From assembly GCA_965217585.1 (NCBI GenBank), contig OZ244561.1:6080001-6144000 (forward strand): a stretch of DNA of 64,000 bases. The letters are read 5' to 3'. The translations under genes were made by a program, and so were the position numbers. The notes under the pieces are model-generated. The model saw nothing but the letters and a program-made list of their open reading frames with translations. It was not told the DNA's origin and did no database searches. Numbering within the stretch: the stretch's first letter is position 1; each line of letters begins with the position of its first letter. Positions 9,614-18,293 of this stretch are shown in pieces. Origin of the DNA: Candidatus Latescibacterota bacterium. GTDB taxonomy: Bacteria; Latescibacterota; UBA2968; UBA8231.

Positions 9614-11557
9614 CTAGAAAAAGCGACTCCAGAAGCTCCGCTTTGCCGAGCCGCCGCGATTGACCAAATAGCGGTCGAGGTTCTCTTTGCCGATGGGCTG
9701 GTGTACATTGATCAGGCCGTACACCCCCCCCATCAGCTTCCCGTCGTACACGTACAGCGCTACCGTATTCTCGCCATCGCGCACCACGTGGTCGCTGATA
9801 TCGAGGATAAATGGCCGGTTCCACTCGTGATGCTCGCCGACCCAGTGGCCGTTGACGTACACATAGGCATCCTTATCCACTCCGCCGAAAGCCAGATGCA
9901 CCGGCCGGCCCTTCTTTGCGTCCACCTCAATCCGGGTCCGGTACCAAGCCCCCTCGTCATATTGGGCATAACCTTGATTCTCCCAAGCCTGTCCAATGCT
10001 GATATCGGCCCATTCCGAATCGTCGAAGTCCGGGTTAGCGTACTCGCGGTGCCGTTGAGGGTCTAGCCCTCCCACATCGAGGCAAAATTTCCACTGCATG
10101 GGCACCTCGGCTACCGTCTGGTGGGGATAGGGGATCCGCGGGGTCCGGTGAGCATAGCTACTATACTGCACCCGTATCACTCGCGGCCAGTCGTGCCCTC
10201 TGTATACCATATCCAAGCGCCCGCCTCGATTGGCGGCGAAGTCGTCGGTCTCCACCTCGTTCGTGGGCTGATGCACATTGATCAGGCCGTACACGCCTCC
10301 CATGTTCGCCCCGTCGTACACGTATAGTGCCACGGCATTTTCGCCATCGCGCACGACTTGGTCGCTGATATCGAGGATGAACGGCAGGTTCCACGCGTGG
10401 TGCTTACCAACCAATTGGCCGTTGACATACACAAAGGCGTCTTTATCCACACCCCCGAAAGCCATGAGCACCGGCCGCACAGAATCGGCCGCCACAGTAA
10501 AGGTGGTCCGGTACCAAGCTCCCTTGTCGTAGCCAGCGTAGCCTTGATCTTCCCAGGCCCGTCCAATGTCAATAGTAGCCCAATCCGAATCGTCGTAGTC
10601 CAGGGTAGCGTAGTCGCGGTGCCGTTGTGGATACGCCCTGTCCACCTCAAGGCGGAATTTCCACTGCATGGGCACCTCGGCCACCTCTTCATGGGCGTAG
10701 GGGACCACCGGAGGCGTGTAGGCGTAGTCGTAGTACCGCTGATCCGATCCACCCTCTAAGAAGTGTCGAGGCCTAGTCCGCTCGAAGCTGAAGCCTTGCC
10801 GCTGGATGGTCTCTAGCTGTCGCTCAAGTTGTCGCTCGGCCTGCTCCATCTGTCGCGCGGCCTGCTCAATTTGCCGCTCCATCTGTCGCGCGGCCTGCTC
10901 CATCTGCCGCTCGGCCTGTTCCATCCGCCGTTGGGCGGCCTCTAACTGTCGGCGCACCTGCTCGTCGATGAACACCGAGTCGGCACCGGTGCCCCGCTTG
11001 GCCTGCTCCATCCGCCGTTTAGCCCGCTCCGTTAGCTGCTTGACTTGTTCCAGCTGCCGCTTAGTCTGCTCCGTTAGCTGCTGCTGGATGGCCTCCATCT
11101 GCCGCTCGGTCAGCTCCGTCTGCCGCTTAGCCCGCTCCATGATCTGCTGCAACTGTCGGCGGATATAGGATTCAGGGGCAGTGCGGTGGGACGGTTCCTC
11201 GATCACTGCCTCGCGCTGGTGGGTCGATCCCAGACGCCGTGCCGCCTCCGCCCCCACCTGTGGCTGGTCGGGGTACTTGTCGCGTACGGCTTCGTACGTC
11301 TGGCGCGCCTGGGCGAGCCCCAGCTTCTCCTGGCACACCCCGATGCGTAGCTGCGCCCGGGCCGCCATGCTCTCGTCTGCCTCGCCCTTCTCGTGGGCCT
11401 CAATCACTTGCTGGTAGAGGCGAATGGCCTCCTCCAGATTGCCCTCGCCCTTCTCCTGCGTGAGGGCCGCCTGATAAGTTTCCTCGACACTACTGGCCAG
11501 CAGATTGCCGGCACTCAGCAATACGCAACTGAGGAAAATCGCGATAACGCGCTCCAT
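9614..11557 (-). CDS. Secreted TPR + coiled-coil + two GH2 N-terminal-like sugar-binding domains (no catalytic domain)
   Basis: Signal peptide; TPR-like GNLEEAIRLYQQV; heptad repeats; two copies at 570-bp period of WKF...DDSDW...G.AWYR..F...FGGVD...VYVNG..VG.H; AGGAGG RBS. Confidence 0.85.
   Translation of the reverse strand: MERVIAIFLSCVLLSAGNLLASSVEETYQAALTQEKGEGNLEEAIRLYQQVIEAHEKGEADESMAARAQLRIGVCQEKLGLAQARQTYEAVRDKYPDQPQVGAEAARRLGSTHQREAVIEEPSHRTAPESYIRRQLQQIMERAKRQTELTERQMEAIQQQLTEQTKRQLEQVKQLTERAKRRMEQAKRGTGADSVFIDEQVRRQLEAAQRRMEQAERQMEQAARQMERQIEQAARQMEQAERQLERQLETIQRQGFSFERTRPRHFLEGGSDQRYYDYAYTPPVVPYAHEEVAEVPMQWKFRLEVDRAYPQRHRDYATLDYDDSDWATIDIGRAWEDQGYAGYDKGAWYRTTFTVAADSVRPVLMAFGGVDKDAFVYVNGQLVGKHHAWNLPFILDISDQVVRDGENAVALYVYDGANMGGVYGLINVHQPTNEVETDDFAANRGGRLDMVYRGHDWPRVIRVQYSSYAHRTPRIPYPHQTVAEVPMQWKFCLDVGGLDPQRHREYANPDFDDSEWADISIGQAWENQGYAQYDEGAWYRTRIEVDAKKGRPVHLAFGGVDKDAYVYVNGHWVGEHHEWNRPFILDISDHVVRDGENTVALYVYDGKLMGGVYGLINVHQPIGKENLDRYLVNRGGSAKRSFWSRFF
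10815..11160 (-). repeat. Degenerate 21-nt (heptad) coding tandem repeats, RQMEQAA-like
   Basis: Repeated GCCTGCTCCATCTG(T/C)CGC units encoding RQMEQAA / RQLEQ / RRMEQA. Confidence 0.8.
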
Positions 11558-11746
11558 GATGGACCTCCTTGTTTAGGTGGGTGAATGCGCGGTTGTGCGC
11601 TCACCTTTGAACCTAAACGCCTACATTATCCGAGTTGTCATGGTTTTGTCATGGATGTGCAAAAAGATTGTACTTTTCGGTCTGCACCATCGGCGCTTTG
11701 TGCGCGAGGTCCTCGCCGCCGCCCGACCGGACTTTCAAAAGGCATC

Positions 11747-11995
11747 TCAGGTATATGTTTTGGTCGGCATCTCGATATACTGATCGGGTTCTTCTTCTTT
11801 GTCTTGGATGGCGAAAAAGCACCGTTCGATCTCCTTGAGTACAGCGGCATCGTAATATACCATGCCGCAGTGGAGGCAGACTTCGACCGGGGTGTTGGGC
11901 ACCAACAGATATTGGCCTTGGTGACTGTAGAGGTAGTCGATTCGCCGATCTTCGCAGCGTTCGCTTTCGCAGAAGTTGCACTTAGCTTTCTTCAT
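11747..11995 (-). CDS. YgiT/MqsA-type zinc-finger protein (putative antitoxin)
   Basis: CNFC...VPNTPVEVCLHCGMVYYD; AGGAG RBS; overlaps the upstream DUF4258 gene. Confidence 0.85.
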   Translation of the reverse strand: MKKAKCNFCESERCEDRRIDYLYSHQGQYLLVPNTPVEVCLHCGMVYYDAAVLKEIERCFFAIQDKEEEPDQYIEMPTKTYT

Positions 11996-12302
11996 GATCT
12001 TGCGCTCCTCGTGTCCACGGATCGCTAAACTTTGGTGAACGGGGAATGTAAACTGTGATCAGGGAGACCTTTTCTCTGCGCCAGCCACAGACGATGTGGA
12101 TAGGCAATTCTCCTGCAAAACCTACTATCAAGCAACTCTCTCCGCGCCCAGTATCGGGATAGTGCTCGAGGATTCCTCCATTTAATAGAGCTTGTTCGAT
12201 CTGCACAAAGGTCAAGTCTTCTTCTCGGCGCTCAATCTCAGCGTGGTGCGTATAGACGTATTGAGAGCGGCGAATCTTGGCCCTGATTTCTTCAATAATC
12301 AT
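11982..12302 (-). CDS. DUF4258-family protein (putative RNase toxin)
   Basis: MIIEEIRAKI...YTHHAEIE...ILEHYPDTGRGESCLIVG...PIHIVCG...LITVYIP pattern; start reassigned to ATG 12302. Confidence 0.8.
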   Translation of the reverse strand: MIIEEIRAKIRRSQYVYTHHAEIERREEDLTFVQIEQALLNGGILEHYPDTGRGESCLIVGFAGELPIHIVCGWRREKVSLITVYIPRSPKFSDPWTRGAQDHEES

Positions 12303-12310
12303 AACTGACG

Positions 12311-12991
12311 TTACTCCATAAAGCGGTATCCGACTCCGTGTACCGTGAGGATGTGGCGCGGCTGGGCTGGGTCGGCTTCCAAGCGGTTGCGCAATTCGGC
12401 GATGTGGTTGTCCACCGTGCGCGTAGTGGGGTACACTTCGTAGCCCCACACCTGCTTGAGGATCTGCGCTCGGGTCAGGGCGCGGCCCTTGCTCTCCCAT
12501 AGGAGGCGCAGCACGCCAAATGCCTTGGGGGACAGATGCACGGCCTGGCCATCCACGGTCGCCTCGTAGCGGTCGAAGTCGATCCGCGCCTTCTCGAACT
12601 CCAGTACTGTGCCTGCGGCTGATGCCAACTCTCCCCGCCGCAACACCGCTTTGATCCGGGCCATGAGTTCGCGGACGCCCACCGGTTTGGTGACGTAGTC
12701 GTCGGCCCCTAACTCTAGGCCCAGGACTTTATCGACCTCTTCGCCGCGCGCCGTGAGCATGATGATGGGCGTGGTCGCTCCCTGCGCACGCAGCCGTCGG
12801 CACACTTCGTACCCATCCATCGTGGGCAGTATCACATCCAGCAGAATCAGGTCCGGCTGCCAAGCCAAGGCCCGCTCCAACCCCTCGGCCCCATCGGCGA
12901 CCGCCTCGGCCTCGTGGCCTTCAAAGATCAAATTATCGACCAGCACCCGGGCGATGGCCGCTTCGTCCTCTACGACCAGAATTTTAGGCAT
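12311..12991 (-). CDS. OmpR/PhoB-family response regulator
   Basis: ILVVEDE, LILLDVILP, GADDYVTKP, RTVDNHI..LR, TVHGVGYRF. Confidence 0.95.
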   Translation of the reverse strand: MPKILVVEDEAAIARVLVDNLIFEGHEAEAVADGAEGLERALAWQPDLILLDVILPTMDGYEVCRRLRAQGATTPIIMLTARGEEVDKVLGLELGADDYVTKPVGVRELMARIKAVLRRGELASAAGTVLEFEKARIDFDRYEATVDGQAVHLSPKAFGVLRLLWESKGRALTRAQILKQVWGYEVYPTTRTVDNHIAELRNRLEADPAQPRHILTVHGVGYRFME

Positions 12992-14948
12992 GGGCCTTCT
13001 CCTCGGTATGCACCGGGAAGTACAGCCGGAATACACTGCCTCCATCCGGCCGGTTGGCAGCCTCCACCCGGCCCCCATGCGCCTCGACCACGTTTTTGAC
13101 TAGAGACAATCCCAATCCTGTGCCCGCAGTACTGGCCGCGTTGGCCCCTCGATGAAATTGCGCAAAGATGCGCTCCTCCTCACCTGTGGGGAGGCCGATG
13201 CCCCGGTCGGCTACTTCTACGATCACCTCAGCTCCGCGCTGTTCTACGGCCAGGCGGATGGACTTGTGCTCGGACGAGTACTTGACTGCGTTGCCTAGGA
13301 TATTGGCGACCGCGCCCTCCACCGCTTCTTGGTCGGCCAGTACCGGGGGCAGTTCCGCCGCAATAGCTTCCTCCACCTCAAAGCCCTCCGCAGTGAATAC
13401 TCCGCCAAAGGTCTCCAGCGCAGCCCGGGCCGCGACCCCTAGGTCGCAGGGTTGGCGCTGGTAGGTTCTGTCGCCGCGCTCAATGCGAGAGAAATCGAGC
13501 ACATTATCCACCAAGCGCGACAGCCGTCGGCTCTCGTGCAGGAGGGTGGTCAGGTAGTCCTGCATCTGTTCGGCCGACCGGTAGCGGCCCATGAGCAGGG
13601 TCTCGGCGTACATGCGGATGGACGTGAGCGGGGTGCGCAACTCGTGCGATACATTGGCGACAAACTCGGACCGCAGGCGGGCGACCTGTACCTCGCGCCC
13701 GGCGTCTCGCAGAATCATAAGCCCACCCAGAACCACGGATACGGCCAAGGCGAAAATGCCGCCGCCCACCAGCCAATTGCGCGTGCGATAGTACCCGGTG
13801 GCTGCGGAGGCATCGGCCGCCCAAATCCCTAGCCGCACTCGGTCCATCCAGCGGCTGGCCGGCGCAGTTTCGTAGATGGTCTCTCGATGCGCGGACGCAA
13901 AGGCGGCTTCCGCGTCGGCGTCGAACAGGGTAAGGGCAAAATCCCGCTCCGCCAGACCCTCCACTTGCTCCTGCACTAGGGCCGTCAGCGCGTCCCAGTC
14001 GAATAGAATGCCCACGGCACCGCCTCCTTCAGCCGCTCCCAGGTACATGAGGAAACTCGTCCCATCGGGCCACACGCCCGATATATAACCCTGCTCCCGG
14101 GCCGCAGCCCATTGGTCCTCCACTACGGGGTCGAAGCGCATTGCAAAATCAAGGGCTTTCTCGATCAGGGCCAACCTCTCCAGCAGAACGGGGCGGTCCT
14201 CCATGTCCGCCAGCCGACCTTGGGCTAACGCGCGGGCCTCTTGCAGGGCCTGCTGGCTGCCCGCGTAGAGGGGATAGCGGCCTTTGAGCAGCGCCTCGGT
14301 CCAAGCCATCAGACTGGCTTGGGCTTGCCCGGGCGCGGCATAGCGCCCCTGGCGCAAGTGGCTCAGGGTGACGGGATGGGCCCCGTCGGCGTCGAAGACG
14401 TGACCGTAGAGGGCCGCCAGCGTCTGGTGCGCCCCCTCCACCATCCCCATGTCCTTTCCTTTATGAGCGCAGCGGGCAAGGGCGTTGAGCGCTTCGGCCT
14501 CCTCTGCGGGGCTAGTCGCTTCCTTCCATGCTTGGTGGTAGAGCTGCCCGCCGTCCGCCCAGTCTTGGTGGCCGAATTCGCGCTCTGCGGCCTGCTCCAT
14601 CTGCGCGGCGAAGGCCGCTCGGCGCTCCTGCAAGCGCAAGGGTTGCACGGCTGGATGGCTCAGCACTCCCTCGGGATCGACGGCGAAGATTTGCGCAATC
14701 TCGGAAAAACCCGCGTACTGGCGCGGATCCATTCCGCCCACTTCGGTATATGCGGCTAGGAGTTGGGCGCGGCTGTTGATCAAGCGATCGAAGGCGTCCT
14801 GCGCTAGCACCGCCTTGGAGCGCAATTCCCGGTTCACACTGTCGTGGACATCGCGCAGCGAGCGCACGCTCAAAAAGGCCAGCAGGGCGGCTGGCACGAG
14901 AATGGATAGGAAATAGAGGACTACCCAGCGAATTCCTAGGCGCGACAT
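12984..14948 (-). CDS. Membrane sensor histidine kinase (HisKA + HATPase)
   Basis: Two TM segments flanking a large periplasmic region; NVSHELRTPLT H-box, NAVKYS, DRGIG, GTGLGL. Confidence 0.95.
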   Translation of the reverse strand: MSRLGIRWVVLYFLSILVPAALLAFLSVRSLRDVHDSVNRELRSKAVLAQDAFDRLINSRAQLLAAYTEVGGMDPRQYAGFSEIAQIFAVDPEGVLSHPAVQPLRLQERRAAFAAQMEQAAEREFGHQDWADGGQLYHQAWKEATSPAEEAEALNALARCAHKGKDMGMVEGAHQTLAALYGHVFDADGAHPVTLSHLRQGRYAAPGQAQASLMAWTEALLKGRYPLYAGSQQALQEARALAQGRLADMEDRPVLLERLALIEKALDFAMRFDPVVEDQWAAAREQGYISGVWPDGTSFLMYLGAAEGGGAVGILFDWDALTALVQEQVEGLAERDFALTLFDADAEAAFASAHRETIYETAPASRWMDRVRLGIWAADASAATGYYRTRNWLVGGGIFALAVSVVLGGLMILRDAGREVQVARLRSEFVANVSHELRTPLTSIRMYAETLLMGRYRSAEQMQDYLTTLLHESRRLSRLVDNVLDFSRIERGDRTYQRQPCDLGVAARAALETFGGVFTAEGFEVEEAIAAELPPVLADQEAVEGAVANILGNAVKYSSEHKSIRLAVEQRGAEVIVEVADRGIGLPTGEEERIFAQFHRGANAASTAGTGLGLSLVKNVVEAHGGRVEAANRPDGGSVFRLYFPVHTEEKAHA

Positions 14949-14996
14949 GAGGTTAGCAGGAGGTGGGGAGTGGGAGGGTGCGGATCGTGAGCGAGG

Positions 14997-15025
14997 AATA
15001 TAGCGGGCGGCCCTTCCTCTTTCAA
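14997..15025 (-). promoter_or_regulatory. Sigma70-like promoter for the kinase operon (near-copy of 24102-24130)
   Basis: Minus strand TTGAAA-17 nt-TATATT. Confidence 0.6.
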
Positions 15026-15044
15026 ATTTGTTCCGCGCGTGCGT

Positions 15045-15074
15045 TTGACATCTGTGGGGGAAGCGGCATATAGT
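15045..15074 (+). promoter_or_regulatory. Sigma70-like promoter upstream of the first family A gene
   Basis: TTGACA-18 nt-TATAGT. Confidence 0.6.
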
Positions 15075-15139
15075 TGCGACCGATACTATACATTACATCT
15101 AATTTGATCTTTCCTTGGGGCGAGAGAACCCACACAGCC

Positions 15140-18100
15140 ATGAAAAGCGACTCCGTCGTGCAAAAGATCCTCGTCGGCTTGGCACTGAGCTTGGCACCCG
15201 TTGAGGCCCAGCGGGGCTACCAGCTAAGCGGCGACGAGGTGGTGGTCGATCTGGCGCAGCACTGGCAGCAGTGGAGCATCCCCGCCCATCTGGCGCACAT
15301 CGACGAGGCCGGGTCCGTGCGGACGCGCCGGCTGCGGACGGTGTACAATGTCCTTGAGGATCGCACGCTCAGACGGCCGATAATCATTAACACGGACGAC
15401 CCGCGCATTGGCACCATCGACAGCACCATGCAGTTCGATGTGTTTGGCGAGCCGATCCGCAATACGCTCAACGAACTGGTCTTCGACTACTGGGTGCGGC
15501 CGGGGATTAGCCGGGTGGGGTCCAATCCGCAGCTAGCAGAGCATATCCTCGACGGCGATCCGACCACGTTCTGGGAGCCGGATCCACGCGACCCCATCGA
15601 GCAGTGGTGGATCGAGGTGGATCTGGGGCGGGCCGTGCCCGTGGAGCGGCTCAAACTCCAGTTCGTCGATGAAGAACTTGGCGATCCCTTTCTGCAGTTT
15701 ATCATGCTGATGTCGCGCCGGCAGAGTGCGCTGTTGCACGAGCCGAATAGCCGCATTGGCTTCCAACTGTTCATTCCGCAGGACGCGCCCAATACCACGC
15801 AGCGCGAATACATTTTTGCAAGCGAGCACACCAGCCCCGAACTGCCTGCGGCCTCCGGGGTAGTCAGCGATAGGCTACTGATAGAAGTGAGAAAGCCCTC
15901 GCCCGAGTGGACGGGCAAGAGCATTGAGACCATCCGCATTGTGATCACGGATACGCGGGGGGGACGAGCCGAACAGATTGCGCAGGAGGCGTGGGAGGCA
16001 TTGTCGGCCACAGAGCAGGGGGATGTGGTTTATTTTGCGCGAGACGTGGCCGGGCGCGAGGAACCGGTGGACGAGGCGACCTATAGGGCCTTGGCCGAGG
16101 AACGGCAGGGGCGGCGGGCCTACTACCGCCGGGAGTTGCCGCGCCTGGCCGAGGTCGAGGCTTGGGGCTGGGGCGACAATATCGGCATCAACTTGGTCAA
16201 AAATGGCGGCTCGCTCGCGCTGACCACGCCGGGCAAGAATCCGCTGACGGCATTCGACGGGGACGACGCCACCTATTACGTCCACCAAACCCGCAATCCA
16301 CTCAATCCCGGCGGCAATGTGCTGACCGTCGATATTGGTGGCGCGGTGTGGCTGGACCAGGTGCGCCTTACGGGGTCGGGTATGCGCGGCTATATCATGC
16401 GAGCTTCTGCTGGCGGGCGCGATGCTCGCGGCGGTCTCAAATGGCAGCGCATCAGTCCACCGGAGCGCGAGTATAGCGTGGCCGAGGCACTGCCGCGCGG
16501 CGACTCGGGCCGCTTCAGTGCGATTGTCGATCCCCAGGATCCGCCGCTCAAGGCCCGTCTCCTCGACTTGGTCGTCTTTGCCCACTTTCCCCCGGGTTTT
16601 GTCGGCGGTCGCTCCGAAAGCGGAGCTGGGCAAGGGATCCTGGTCAATGCCTTCTGGTCGGTGATCAGCGAGATCATGCTGTTTTCTCGCAGTCCGCCGG
16701 CCGAGGTGGTGCTGGAATCGGACTTGATCGAGTTGCCGGGGCTGGTGGCCTTGGGTGCGGTCCACTGGGACGCCGACACCCCGCCGGGCACGAACGTGGA
16801 AATCCGCACCCGCACCGGCGATCAACTGTTGCAGCAAATCCGCTATTTCGACAAAACCGGCAACGCGAAAACTGCCGACGAATACAAAACCTTGGCCGGT
16901 TTTCTCAAAGGGCCTTCGGATACCACGGTGGTCGTTGGACCGGGGTGGAGCGCGTGGAGCCAGCAATATCGGCAGCCGGGGGAGTGGGTGCGTTCGCCGA
17001 GTCTGCGGCGCTTTATGCAACTACAGGTGCGGCTCAAAAGCGACGGCGGCCAGCACGTGCCGGTGCTGCACCGCCTCTCGGTAGGCCTGCATCAGCCGGT
17101 GGTGCAGCGGCTGCGCGCCGAGGTGTGGCCGACGGGGGTGGAGGCAGGAGTGCTCGATACATTTGCCCTTTTTGTGCAGCCCGACTTTTTAACGCAGCCA
17201 GCCCAGGAGCGCAGCTTGGGTTTCGACGAGATGCGGGTGCGCGCCGAGCCGGGGCTGGACCTGCGGCTAGTCGATGTGGCTTTGGGGACGGAAGTGGAGT
17301 TGGCGTCCGAAACCCCGTTCCAGCGCTTTGCGCCGGGAGCCGATGGACGGCTGGTCGATGCGCAAGGGGCCGAGTTGGCCGTGCGCGCCGAGGGCGACTC
17401 GCTGTGGCTGCACTTTCCCCAGACCGTGCAGGGGGCACCCGCCGAAGCCCTCGCACCGGTGTACTACCGTGCGGTTGCTCCTGGCGACGAGGTGCCCACC
17501 GGGCTGGACCGCAATCTGTTGACCTTTACCTCGTACAGTCTCCTGCCCGAGGCCGAACAGGGCGCGGTGCGCTATTTTCGGCAGGAGGAGAGCGGCCGGC
17601 TGGTCGAGGTGGACGCGGAGGCCTACGAGGCCCTGTCCGCAGCCGAGCAGGGGCCGGTGCGCTACTTCCGCAAGGTCGTCGGTTTGGGCGATCAGGTGCC
17701 TTTTGACGCGGTGGGCGACAGCCTCGACCAGAGCCGCTACAACAGGCTGGGGGAGCAGCGAGGTTGGGTGGTGGACCGGGGCCGACTGGTGCGGCTGCGC
17801 TTTGCCTCGCGGGTGTATTTGCAGGGGACGCGCCTGGCGGTGGCGGTGCGGCAGAGCCAGCCCTCGACTGCGTGGCAGGTGGCGGACGGCGGCGATGTGA
17901 CCGGGCTGAGTCCCGCAAAGAGCTTGGCCATTAGTGCGCAGGGGACCGACGCGGCCATTGCCCAGGTGGCGATCGCACCGAATCCTTTTACGCCCAACGG
18001 CGATGGGGTCAACGAGGTGGCCGAGATCGCCTTTTCTTTGTTCCGGGTGCAGGCGGAGCGGTCGTTGGCCGTGCGGGTCTATACGCTGGCGGGTCGTCGA

Positions 18101-18277
18101 GTGCGGGAGTTGGAGGCACTGGCCACAGGTGGGCGGCAGCAGTTCATCTGGGATGGGCGGGATGAGGAGGGGCGGGTCGTGGCACCGGGCTTGTATTTGT
18201 GCAAGATCGAGGTGGACGCGGACGCTACGGCCTTTGGCGGCCAGAGCCGAGTTCACCTCATCGCCGTGGCCTATTAG
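15140..18277 (+). CDS. Family A (subtype A1) large secreted protein: discoidin/F5-8-like domain(s), WSxWS, C-terminal FlgD/CTD-like Ig domain
   Basis: Signal peptide from ATG 15140; DGDPTTFW...WWIEVDLG; IRTRTG; WSAWS; NPFTPNGDGVNE...WDGRD...PGLY...IAVAY. Confidence 0.85.
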   Translation: MKSDSVVQKILVGLALSLAPVEAQRGYQLSGDEVVVDLAQHWQQWSIPAHLAHIDEAGSVRTRRLRTVYNVLEDRTLRRPIIINTDDPRIGTIDSTMQFDVFGEPIRNTLNELVFDYWVRPGISRVGSNPQLAEHILDGDPTTFWEPDPRDPIEQWWIEVDLGRAVPVERLKLQFVDEELGDPFLQFIMLMSRRQSALLHEPNSRIGFQLFIPQDAPNTTQREYIFASEHTSPELPAASGVVSDRLLIEVRKPSPEWTGKSIETIRIVITDTRGGRAEQIAQEAWEALSATEQGDVVYFARDVAGREEPVDEATYRALAEERQGRRAYYRRELPRLAEVEAWGWGDNIGINLVKNGGSLALTTPGKNPLTAFDGDDATYYVHQTRNPLNPGGNVLTVDIGGAVWLDQVRLTGSGMRGYIMRASAGGRDARGGLKWQRISPPEREYSVAEALPRGDSGRFSAIVDPQDPPLKARLLDLVVFAHFPPGFVGGRSESGAGQGILVNAFWSVISEIMLFSRSPPAEVVLESDLIELPGLVALGAVHWDADTPPGTNVEIRTRTGDQLLQQIRYFDKTGNAKTADEYKTLAGFLKGPSDTTVVVGPGWSAWSQQYRQPGEWVRSPSLRRFMQLQVRLKSDGGQHVPVLHRLSVGLHQPVVQRLRAEVWPTGVEAGVLDTFALFVQPDFLTQPAQERSLGFDEMRVRAEPGLDLRLVDVALGTEVELASETPFQRFAPGADGRLVDAQGAELAVRAEGDSLWLHFPQTVQGAPAEALAPVYYRAVAPGDEVPTGLDRNLLTFTSYSLLPEAEQGAVRYFRQEESGRLVEVDAEAYEALSAAEQGPVRYFRKVVGLGDQVPFDAVGDSLDQSRYNRLGEQRGWVVDRGRLVRLRFASRVYLQGTRLAVAVRQSQPSTAWQVADGGDVTGLSPAKSLAISAQGTDAAIAQVAIAPNPFTPNGDGVNEVAEIAFSLFRVQAERSLAVRVYTLAGRRVRELEALATGGRQQFIWDGRDEEGRVVAPGLYLCKIEVDADATAFGGQSRVHLIAVAY

Positions 18278-18293
18278 GTAGGGAAGATGCCCG

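Noticed and set aside
10815-11160. Possible CRISPR array
   Set aside because: Repeats are contiguous, in-frame and degenerate, with no unique spacers and no cas genes.
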